Below are positions 10,721 through 20,000 of a DNA stretch of 20,000 bases, piece after piece. The notes under the pieces were generated by a model. That model was not told the DNA's origin, ran no database searches, and saw nothing but the letters and a program-made list of their open reading frames with translations. A program made the translations under genes and the position numbers. Source of the stretch: Lama guanicoe (taxonomy: Eukaryota); the NCBI GenBank assembly GCA_013239625.1, contig MU053493.1, forward strand, positions 297,294 through 317,293, given 5' to 3'. The number at the start of each line of letters is the position of its first letter. Positions within the stretch are counted from its first letter, which is position 1.

Positions 10721-11700
10721 ATGGACAGAATTGTAACCCTTGTCCTGCTTTTATGGATAACCTCCCCTTGCATGATGAAAGGTCACCCATCCATGGAGAC
10801 TGGTGGTAACCCAAATGGCAGGGATTGCCAAGCAGAGGGAATGCTGGGCTTGCCTAAGAGAGGACACAAAATATAATATGCCTACAGTTCCCCTCCTGGC
10901 CTATCCTGCCTCTCTGGAGGACCTAATGTTGCTAACACTGTCTATAAGTGGGTTCTATGCTATTGTATGAAATAAAACTGAGCTGGCATGGCAAGTGGTA
11001 ACCCAAATGGCAGGGATTGCCAAGCAGAGGGAATGCTGGGCTTGCCTAAGAGAGGACACAAAATATAATATGCCTACAGTTCCCCTCCTGGCCTATCCTG
11101 CCTCTCTGGAGGACCTAATGTTGCTAACACTGTCTATAAGTGGGTTCTATGCTATTGTCTGAAATAAAACTGAGCTGGCAGGAGCAGGGGGAGGACCATG
11201 TCCCCACAGGTATGAGAGAGAAACCAGACCAGCCAGCCCCTCTTTGGGATTATACCTTGGGTATGCAATCAAACTTATGGGAAACTTCTCAATATGCTTC
11301 CAAAACTTATATAGTGATGAAGGCAATGAGATAGGATATGGTAAAGAGGCCTACTGCAATTACACCTTGTCATTCAACCAGACAATCCTAGATTGGGAAC
11401 CATGGGGGGAATGATGATAAATATGATGTGTACTGTAATTTTACCTGGGGAGGACTAAATTTTACCTGGGGAGGCAAAGTCCATAATGTGACAATATAGT
11501 ACAGTGAAACAATCCTGCCAATAAACAGCACCAACAGGACGATCAGCCAAGATTATGTTTGGATAGGCCAGAAAACTGAGGCCCTCTTCAATCTGACCAC
11601 AAGTGACCTAACAGACAGAAGTAATCCATATATGTTGCAGGTGATGTTAAGATCCCAGCCATATAGATACTGAGTAACAGCAGCTGATGAAAACTGATGC
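10721..11700 (+). pseudogene. env: ERV env remnant: signal peptide, SU N-terminal half and cytoplasmic tail; TM ectodomain deleted
   Basis: Signal-like MDRIVTLVLLLWITSPCMMKG, then after a frameshift LVVTQMAGIAKQRECWACL (CxxC at 10842-10853) and PLLAYPAS. Many N-glycosylation sequons (NKT, NFS, NYT, NQT, NFT, NVT, NST, NRT). Tail-like LQVMLRSQPY near 11635. No furin site, immunosuppressive domain or CX6CC seen. Confidence 0.8.
10803..11180 (+). repeat. Tandem duplication: two 186-bp copies (10803-10988, 10995-11180) with a 6-bp filler TGGCAA
   Basis: The copies are identical except A10967 vs C11159. Period is 192 bp. Confidence 0.97.
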
Positions 11701-11725
11701 TCAGTCCAGGAGTGAAGAGAGCATT

Positions 11726-11737
11726 AAAAGAGGGGAA
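11726..11737 (+). promoter_or_regulatory. Polypurine tract
   Basis: AAAAGAGGGGAA immediately before the 3' LTR homology. Confidence 0.75.
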
Positions 11738-12061
11738 GAAAGGTTCCAGCAAGACCTTCCTGGCAGGGCCTATGTCTTCCCACTTTTGTGATTCCGTAAA
11801 ACTATTTGCTTCTAGGAAAATGAAATCTACCCCTAAAATTCCATTGGTTTCCAAAAGCTTACTCCTGATTGCTCCAATTCAAATGCCTCATTTGCATATG
11901 GGGCAAACTTAATCAAAACCTAAAACCTCATAACAGCCTGTGAAAATCTACAGATGGGGTCCAGAGCTTGAAGTGTTAATTCCTACTGGCATAATAAACC
12001 TGAGTTCTCCAACCCTCCAAGTTTCACTTGGTCTCTTGACGGGACTCAGTTTCCTGTAACA
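11738..12061 (+). repeat. 3' LTR, lacking roughly the first 17 nt of U3
   Basis: Aligns with 3786-4115, for example TTGCTTCTAGGAAAATGAAAT and GGGTCCAGAGCTTG. AATAAA at 11993-11998. Ends GTAACA. Confidence 0.92.
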
Positions 12062-13224
12062 CTGCTCAATGATAGTACGTGACAAATACTTTAGAAACTG
12101 CTTACTTTCTACTTTTCTCTGTAAAAGAAAGTTGACTAATGGTTAAGAATTCTAATCAATATATGTAAATCCCCCTATGACTAATAACAGTAAAGAAAAA
12201 TATTCCTGTATGCAAGGAAAGTAAGATATGTTTTGTTAAGGAAAGATATGAAGGATGTGTTTTTCTTATGGAAGAGAGAGTGTAATTTCATTAAAAATAT
12301 AGATTGTATGCTTTTCTGGAATGAGAAAAAGTAAATAATAAAATGAAAGACTGAATAGATATTTTTTAATTAGAGAAGATTTGTAGGAAAGGAATCTTGG
12401 AAAAAGAATCTTGTATTGGCAAACTGTCATAAGTTTGATGGAATTATTTACATTATTTTAAATATTACTCATAAAATTAATACTACACTGATCTAAGACT
12501 AGAATTGGGTTCTGTCACTCTCCTAAAACAATAAAAAAATTTCTGAGATTATTGATCTGTTCTCAATAAGAAACATTTTTAAAGATTTTTCTTTAATATT
12601 CAAGTAATCTATGAAATCAAAATTTTGTTTATTAAAATAAGTTCCTGTGCTTCATGTTGCTTTAAGTTATTTGATTACTTAAGAAAACTATGTCTTCTCA
12701 ATATTAATAGAGCTAACTCTTTTACAACTCTGTGACTCTGCATGTGATTTTGACATCTTGTAATTGTCACTTTGGTTAAATGGACAACAAAGAATTGTTT
12801 TATAGTGACCTACCATCTTATTTAGTCAAATGTCTAGGCCCTATTTATGTACCTAACAAGTTCCCAAAATCAAATTTCAAATGGAATATTTGACCTCAGA
12901 GGCCTCTGGAAATATCCTTAACAATTTGCCTCCCACCTTGAAAAAGAGAGATGCTAAACTAATCAGGTTTACTTGGTATTTTAAATTCCGTGCCAGCTAA
13001 GAAGTGATGATAAACCTTCTTAGCTTATACGTGTATGGATATGTGCTATTATATAGGTCTTTACAAGATAGTAAGAAGTTCATAGAAATCTGTCAATATG
13101 CTCAATGTATATTTTTTATCATAAAATTTTATATGCCACACAAATGACTAATTTTTCTTATCAAGTGAACTCTCATCAAAACTTTAATCATGATCATTTT
13201 GTCATTTATCATCCAAAGACTGTT

Positions 13225-13875
13225 TTTTTAAAACGTTTTTATTGATTTATAATCATTTTACCTAGTTGTGTCAAATTCCAGTGTAGAGCACAATTTTTTA
13301 ATTATACTTGGACATATATATATATTCATTGTCACATTTTTTTCTCTGTGAGATATCATAAGATATTGTATATATTTCCCTGTGCTATACAGTATAATCT
13401 TGATTATCTATTCAACATTTTAAAACCCCAGTCTATCCCTTCCCAACCCCTGCCCCCTTGGCAACCACAAATTTGTATTCTATGTCTATGAGTCTCTTTT
13501 TGTTTGTATTTATGTTTTGTTTGTTTCTTTCTTTCTTTTAGATTCCACATATGAATGATCTCATATGGATATTTCTTTCTCTTTCTGGCTTACTTCACTT
13601 AGAATGACAATCTCCAGGAGCATGCATGTTGCAGCAAATGGCATTGCTGCAAATGGCATTCTTTTATTCTTTTTTTATGGCTGAGTAGTATTCCATTGTA
13701 TGTGTATACCACATCTTCTTTATCCAGTCATCTGTAGATGAACGTCCGGGTTGTTTCCATGTCTTGGCTATTGTAAATAGTGCTGAACATTGGGGTGCAG
13801 GTGTCATCCTGAAGTAAGGTTCCTTCTGGATATATGTCCAGGAGTGGGATTCCTGGGTCATATGGTAAGTCTATT
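13225..13875 (-). mobile_element. 5'-truncated LINE-1 (ORF2 end plus 3' UTR), same family as 953-2697
   Basis: Reverse complement of the 3' end seen at 2060-2690, encoding ALFTIAKTWKQP..WIKKMWYTHTMEYYSAIKK. Flanked by TSD CAAAGACTGTT at 13214-13224 and 13876-13886. Confidence 0.96.
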
Positions 13876-14150
13876 CAAAGACTGTTATTATTTGACTTTG
13901 AGTCTTCTAAAAAAAAGTGTTTATAATTGGCTCTAGGCAGGAATTATCACTGATAGCATCACTTAAATAACGTTGAGACCATGAAGGTTCCTTCTGGATA
14001 TATATCCAGGAGTGGGGTTCCTGGGTCATAAGGAAAGTCTATTCAAAGACTGTTATTATTTGACTTTGAGTCTTCTAAAAAAAGTGTTTATAATTGGCTA
14101 TAGGCAGGAATTATCACTGATAGCATCACTTAAATAACGTTGAGACCATG
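13816..14150 (+). repeat. Tandem duplication of 168/167 bp (13816-13983, 13984-14150) spanning the L1 5' junction
   Basis: Direct comparison shows 5 substitutions and a 1-nt indel in an A run. Confidence 0.95.
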
Positions 14151-15719
14151 TCTTTAGTCTGAGTAAAAATTTTCAAAACTACTGAAAAAGCTAATGGAAT
14201 CATATAACAGCTAAACCAAGAAAAGTGAGAATATAAATCAGTTTCATGAGTTTCAATGAACTAATGAGTGCCATTATAATCCTTGATGATTTTCTTTGAA
14301 ACACTGCTGGTTTTTTAATGCTTTTTAAAAAAACTTTAAGGAACCTTTTTTGTTAAACTATGTGTAACTTATAGCAATTTGTTAATGTAATCCTTTGGGA
14401 ACAAAAATGCAACAATGATTTTTACTGCTTATCTGATGTCCTACAATTTGAAAACTCTTAAAGAGTATTCTTAGCTTTATGGCAATATGATTATTTGCAT
14501 AAATTCAATAAGAATCTCTTCTCCTTGTGAAAGGAAACAATCGGAAGCATCTGTTATTTTACCAAGGATTTGACTGGAATGTCAAATTAGGGAAGGATGT
14601 ACCTAGAATGAGGTAGAACCAGAAAGTTTAAAGGAACTAAAGTGGATTTTAAGGGGCCAATATTTATAAAAATCCATTGGAAATTACAACCTGTACCCAT
14701 CTTAAAGGGTTTCCAAACTTACAGTTCAGTAAGGAAGATCACTTCATTACATACTTACGAATCTCAAGATATTTTTGGAATCCCTAGAAGAGAAGAACTC
14801 ACCCGAATCTACAGATAGCATTGGCAGTTTCATAGTGAGTCCTTGATTTCACTTTCCATCCTTGGGAGATGATGAATACTCTGAGATTCCTAATGGAAAG
14901 TTCCAGCAAAGCAAACTCAAGAGGCCTTGCAGTCAATCACTATTCTTGCTGCAGTTATGTAAATAATCAGGGTGAGTACAATGAAATGAGATGATCTTGC
15001 AAACAAATTCATCTTACTTTGTTTCTGATTGAATGTTCATGATCTTCATGAGGAAAATTATGTTTCAATGGAAAACTGCACTCTACTCTTTTGGATTCCA
15101 CCTTGGACATTTTGCCAGTCTACACAATAACCTGAGTTCTAGTTTCCTCTAATATTGCCTATGATTCTCCAAATTAATGTTTCCAATTTTTCTTCCTTCT
15201 GACTTGGAATCATGGACAAGTAAAACTTCCCTATTCCCAAATCTCTACAAGTTGAGACTTCATGACTAGATATAAACATCAATAGATTACCATGAATGAT
15301 CATGTGTGGGCAAACTTCATGCCTACTTCTGGGTACAACATGCAGAAAGTTCAAAAGAAAACCCAATGCCATCAGCACAGACATTTTAGCTGCAAAATAG
15401 GATATCCATTGAATTACCACTGTAGTCTATACACAGCATCCAAAGATGCTTTTAGATCAACGTCAAGAAATCTCAACAGACTTCCTTCTAGAAACAGAAA
15501 TGGGTTTTTATATTAGTATTTTTTTCTGTTATATTCCTGGAAACTCCACTTCCTTAAATGTTTGGTAGCTAACACCATAAACCATACCTTCTACTACCAA
15601 ATATCATCAGATAACTTAACAGGTCTTTAATGAACCATAGACAACCTAGCAAGAAATGGACTCATGTTATTCTAAGGGACAAAGAATCTGTCTTTAATCT
15701 TTTGAACAAAAGGGTGGGC

Positions 15720-15844
15720 TGACTGCAGAATTGATCCTGGCTCAATACTGAAGGCTCTTTTACCCTGTTACAATAGTCATTAATTCCTGAATAAACTTAT
15801 CTTTATCATTTTAACTGTTGTACAACTATGGGTTTTCTCTAAGA
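15720..15844 (+). repeat. Internally deleted MER67/MER31-type 3' LTR
   Basis: TGA start after the purine tract, then directly the R/U5-like GAATTGATCCTGGCTCAATACTGAAGGCTCTTTTACCCTGTTACAATAG...CCTGAATAAA...TTTTCTCTAAGA, homologous to 17235-17333. Confidence 0.65.
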
Positions 15845-16456
15845 GTAGCCAGAATCAATCAACTTAGCCAGCACCCAAACTCCCTCTCTTGCACATTGAC
15901 TCACAGTCACTAGAAGCCCACTGTGGACAGATGACACACTTAATGTCCATCCAGGGGAATCACCACTTTGTTTCCCAGGGGAAGCAGTGCTTCCTGTGTA
16001 TCTAAGAGCTCTAGGTCAATAGAGCATAAAGCTCGGGCACCAGGAAGCAAAAATGATCCCTTTCCTTTTATCATCCATTGATTCTTGGGCCCACAATGCC
16101 TAGAATATAAGGAAACTGCACCCTAGTGGCTACTGATTCAGAGCATATACAGCCTACTGGAAAGGCCCGTTACAGACTTGAAACAAATGTCCTCCCACCT
16201 GGCTTCATAAGTGAATCTTTTATAGGCTGTTTCACCGTACTGTCAAACAAGATACTTCAGAACGGTGGGGAATGCCATGCACATGGACCCACTGCCACAG
16301 TTCTTTTCCTACAGAATATATTCACTGATCTGAAACAATAGTGTATAATATACTATAACAGTGGACAAGACTTTCTTAAGTCCACAAGTGATTGTTTTAG
16401 CAGTAGTTTTGCATACAGGTAAGGCAAAACTATACCAAGTTTACTATCTTTTCCAG

Positions 16457-16518
16457 TAAAAAATAAAAAAATTAAATAAATAAAAAAATATAAATAAATA
16501 AATAAATAAATAAATAAA
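16457..16518. repeat. A-rich (TAAA)n microsatellite
   Basis: Seen directly; possibly an old poly(A) tail. Confidence 0.9.
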
Positions 16519-16929
16519 GACTACAGTTTCCATGAAAGAAAGATCAAGTGTAAACAGCCAGGCACAAATAAACTGATTAATCTCCATAATCAGCTCACAC
16601 CATTGTCTACCATTGTTCTGCTTACTATTGGAAATAGTCATTATCATCTTTAAATCTAATCAGATTAGACAGCAGATTCCAGAAAACTCAGAAACACTCA
16701 GATGACCACAACAGAAACACTGGGGTAATTGTTACTCCTGGCAATTTCCCATCAGAGAGTCACCCAATTCTGATTAGGGCTTTGGTACCAGGAGTCTTTT
16801 CTTCTTGTTTGTTGTTAGTGCATGAAAGCAATTCCTTTTTGCATGGCAGGTGGTTGTGCAGAGAGAACACTGAAATTCTCCAAGAACTCCAGAAAACTGA
16901 AGACCGGCTTGTAACAAAGGAGCTGGGTG

Positions 16930-17333
16930 TCTCCTATGTCCATCTGTGCACTTCCTTGCAAAATCCTTAGCAAGGCCCCAGTTAAGTTAGTTAAGTAAGA
17001 GTCCCTTATTTTCCATGTCTAATCACCCTCCATATCAATCAGGTTTTGCATCCGCCAACATCTGACAGGTGATTACTGATCAGCCTGGCCTGTATTCAGC
17101 AAGAATCCAAGAATCCTGTTAGGTTGATTCAGGGAGAATCACCCCTACACTTGATGCTTCCTCTTATAATAGTCCATCCACTGATCCACATCAGATTCCT
17201 TAGCTATAAATTCCCAGATGTCCATGAAATATGTGGAAATGGGACCATTCCATACTGAAGCCTCCTTTCCCCTAGTGGAAATGTCCTGAGTAAAATCTGC
17301 TTTACTGCTTGAACGTGTGAATTCTCTTTGACA
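16930..17333 (+). mobile_element. MER31/MER67-group ERV1 LTR, 5' end truncated
   Basis: CCATCTGTGCACTTCCTTG, CAGGTGAT..CTGATCAGCCTGGCCTGT.TTCAGCAAGAATCC, CCATCCACTGA and GCTATAAATTCCCA match the recalled MER31/MER67 consensus. Ends CTTTGACA. Confidence 0.8.
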
Positions 17334-18960
17334 TTATGGTACTACAAATGGGATAGGATCAAATTCATCAATGGAGCACTAGACCACCGACCCAGGACCA
17401 TAACTGTGCACTTAGGAAGTCTTTGTCTTCATTTATGACTGACCAAGGATCCAGTGGTGAGTCCAACTCCAACACAAATATTCCAGACAAAGATCCCTTG
17501 AACCTGGTGGTAATAGAGTTTTGTTTCTTAAGATTTGAATTATTTTGAATTATTTTCTAAAAGCTGTATTAGAGTCCCAGGAAAAGAAAGGCTTCGTTAG
17601 AATGCTGGGTTTTTCTGTTTGTAAAAAGCTGGGTTAGAGTCCCAGCCAAGCATTAGCTGAATCAGAGTCCAAAACAAGCACCAGGGCTAAAGTGATAGAC
17701 CACCAGACACTAGACTGAGAGTCCCAGATTTCTCTGTTCACAAGTATGTAGGTACTGATAATTAAGACCTTGGGAGCTTCTCCTTGGACTGGAGACCATC
17801 TTCAAGGACCCCTGCTGAAAATGCTCCCCATTAACTTTTTGCTCCTTTGTTCTTGGTATTTTTTTTTTTACTAACAGTAACTTGAAACTTCAATGGACTC
17901 TTTGGGATATTCAAAGTCATCCTATAGTGGCTTCTCTAAAACCTGTCCCTTCCCATCATAACTGCTTCTTCTTCCTCCTTTTATCACTTTAAAACTTCCC
18001 TCCAGCTCCCTTGATACTTCAACATGCCTTCCTTCAAGCCCTGATCTCTTCCATCTCTCTGCCCACCAGCCAGACATTTCTCACACCAACGTCCCCATTC
18101 CCTGTTGCCATTTGAGCTTTAGGCCCCCTGCCTTCTCTTGAGGGCTCTTCAGTGATTGACTCCTTTAATGAACCACCTGAGTTTGAATAGAGAGAAAAAG
18201 CCTTCTTGAAACACATGTTTTATCTCTTTGGATGGTTCTGAGATACTCAGAAAACTGCTAGATGTCTCTTCAGTCACTGAACTTAAACTGAGTCCACAGC
18301 TGCCATCAGAACAAATGTCAGGGCAAAAGAACATCTTAAAAGTCTTCTCCATAACAATTCAGATGAAAATATAAAGTGGAGATGAAGCATTCTGATTATA
18401 TCACAATGTTTTACTGACCTGTAGCTAAGATTTATAATGAAAACTGTGAGGTCTCTGTTGGCATGTCTGTATTTTTATATGTGTTTGTGTATGTGTTCAT
18501 ACATGCATTTTATGTATACTTAACATTTGTCTACCCATGCAAATATCCTGGAATCACTATATTAATTTATAAAATCCCATAAAGAAATTCTGCTTAAATA
18601 AGCTTAGAGAAAAAAACAAGTGCTTCTTACAGAATATTAGGTATTCCTAAAATCACATGTAATATAGGAACACATTCAGTTTCTAAACATTCCCATGGTA
18701 GGGGATCATCTTTGGTAGATAAAGCTAGATTTTAAAATTGTTGGTAAAATAAAAGAGGCATAAACCTCCAAGACATCAGCATTCAATATAATCCAAACAC
18801 ACTATTTAGTACATAAATTTATTAGTCAAAATTAAGCCTAAAATATCACCACTAGATTTTTCAAATTATAGAAATATAAATCCATCCTAAGAACAAAATG
18901 TATAATAAAAATGAATCATGCATGATTTACAGCAATTTTTGAAAGATAAGAAAAGCTAAA
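17334..18960 (+). mobile_element. MER31-int-like internal region (5' part)
   Basis: Follows the LTR with a degenerate TGG-PBS. Carries repeated AGAGTCCCAG motifs (about 17571, 17636, 17718). 18300-18915 is homologous to 235-628 plus 2902-3160. Confidence 0.65.
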
Positions 18961-18962
18961 AA

Positions 18963-19374
18963 ATTCCAACCAAATGGCATTGTGGGAAAGGCATAGCTAT
19001 AGAAACAATAAAAATATCATGGTTTTCATGGATTTGGGGAGACCGAGGGAGGGAGGAATGAATAGATGGAGTGCAAGGAATTTTAGGGCAATGAAATTAT
19101 TCTGTATGATACTATAGTGATGGCTACATGTCATTATGCTTTTGTCAAAACCCATAGAATTTTATAACATCGAGTGAACACTAATTTTAACGATAGACTT
19201 TGGTTAATAATGTGCCCAAGTTGGTTCGTAATTTGTACCAAATATGCCACACTGATGAGGGATGTTGAGGGTAGGGGAGTATATACTTGTGGACAGAGAG
19301 GGATATATGGGAACTCTATCTTCTGCTCAGTTCTGTTGTAAAACTGAAACTGCTCTAAAAGAATAGTCTATTAC
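18963..19374 (+). mobile_element. Old L1MC-type (L1MC1/2-like) 3' UTR fragment
   Basis: TTTTAGGGCAATGAAATTATTCTGTATGATACTATA..TACATGTCATTAT..AAACCCATAGAAT..TATATGGGAACTCT..AAACTGCTCTAAAA..AGTCTATTA match the recalled L1MC 3' end. Confidence 0.85.
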
Positions 19375-19470
19375 AATTTTTAAAAAATAAACTAAAAAAA
19401 TCACTATGCACATCAAAACAGTACAAATATTAAAAAAAGAAAAAGAAAAAAGAAGAATATGTTTAAATAA

Positions 19471-19871
19471 TTTTTAAAACATTGAATTATTTTTCAGTTA
19501 TACATGAACATACATATATCCATTGTCACGTTTTTCTTTTCTCTGTGAACTACCACAAGTTCTTGTATATATTTCCCTGTGCTATAGAGTATATTCTTGT
19601 TTATCTATTCTGCATATGCCTATCAGTATCTACAAATTTTGAACTGCTAGTCTGTCCCTTCTCACCAATCCCCCCGGCAACCACTAGTCTATATTCTAAG
19701 TCTATGAGTCAGTTTCTGTTTCATATTTATGTTCTTTTTCTTTTTAAGATTCCACATATCACCGATCCTGTATGGTATCTTCCTTTCTTTTTCTGGATTA
19801 CTTCACTTAAAATGACATTCTCCAGCGACATCTATGTTGCTGCAAATGGTGTTAGGTTTTCATTTTTTTTT
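19471..19871 (-). mobile_element. LINE-1 3' UTR/ORF2-end fragment, lineage-specific family, more diverged
   Basis: Homologous to 13290-13680 (ATATATTTCCCTGTGCTATA, AGATTCCACATAT, TACTTCACTTA, ATGTTGCTGCAAATGG). About 55 nt near the 3' terminus are missing. Confidence 0.9.
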
Positions 19872-19907
19872 AGAGTATTTCTTTTTTTTATAGTTTGGGG
19901 GTATCAC

Positions 19908-20000
19908 TTTATTTTTTTAACAGTTTTTATTGATTTATAATCATTTTACAATGTTGTGTCAAATTCCAGTGTTCAGCACAATTTTTCAGTCATTCATGGA
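19908..20000 (-). mobile_element. LINE-1 3' terminus, continuing beyond the window
   Basis: T-rich tail then TTTTTATTGATTTATAATCATTTTACAATGTTGTGTCAAATTCCAGTG, the reverse complement of 2637-2685. Confidence 0.92.

Larger units (their letters stand above)
3769..12061 (+). mobile_element. Near full-length defective class I (gammaretrovirus-like) endogenous retrovirus, HERV-E/ERV3-related, tRNA-Thr primed
   Basis: Two homologous LTRs, PBS, gag with TAG followed in frame by pro-pol, env remnant and polypurine tract, all in canonical order. Confidence 0.96.
1..15719 (+). mobile_element. Ancient ERV1 (MER4-supergroup, MER31-int-like) non-coding internal region, broken by nested insertions; own segments about 1-628, 2902-3768, 12062-13224, 13876-15719
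   Basis: AT-rich and without recognisable ORFs. It ends in a purine tract (GAACAAAAGGGTGGGC, about 15704-15719) directly before a MER67/31-like LTR remnant. Segments 235-628 and 2902-3160 align by eye with 18300-18915, which lies downstream of a MER31/67-type LTR. Confidence 0.65.

Noticed and set aside
15139..16341. Short ORFs 15139-15420, 15292-15516 and 16126-16341 as genes
   Set aside because: No recognisable protein similarity or gene structure; lengths are compatible with chance.
17337..17354. tRNA-His PBS for the second old ERV
   Set aside because: Only 11 of 18 positions match TGGTGCCGTGACTCGGAT, too degenerate to assign.
17565..17730. Spaced AGAGTCCCAG repeats as a CRISPR-like array
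   Set aside because: Only three 10-bp motifs with uneven spacing, inside a mammalian ERV leader, with no cas genes.
19482..19940. 152-aa ORF
   Set aside because: Antisense read-through of T-rich L1 3' UTR fragments.

Overview
Eutherian genomic DNA made almost entirely of decayed transposable elements. I find no intact host gene and no intact viral gene. No Alu, B1, Bov-tA, PRE-1 or SINEC is visible; the young L1 3' UTR looks laurasiatherian, tentatively camelid (from memory, not searched). The scaffold is an ancient MER31/MER67-group ERV1 internal region (<1-15719) with a deleted 3' LTR. It carries nested insertions: a MER2-family Tigger MITE split by a 5'-inverted L1 (705-2697), an 8.3 kb class I gammaretrovirus-like provirus (3769-12061; LTR, tRNA-Thr PBS, gag, pro-pol, env, LTR; HERV-E/ERV3-like, all genes defective) and a truncated antisense L1 with TSD. 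A second MER31/67-type LTR plus internal region (about 16930-18960), an L1MC 3' end and two more L1 3' fragments follow. The best leads are inside the provirus: a 75-codon, three-hydrophobic-segment ORF between pol and env, a decayed gag-frame pre-gag ORF in a 1.2 kb leader, and a near-perfect in-frame 192-bp duplication in env. Family names are from recall of consensus sequences and need Dfam/Repbase confirmation.
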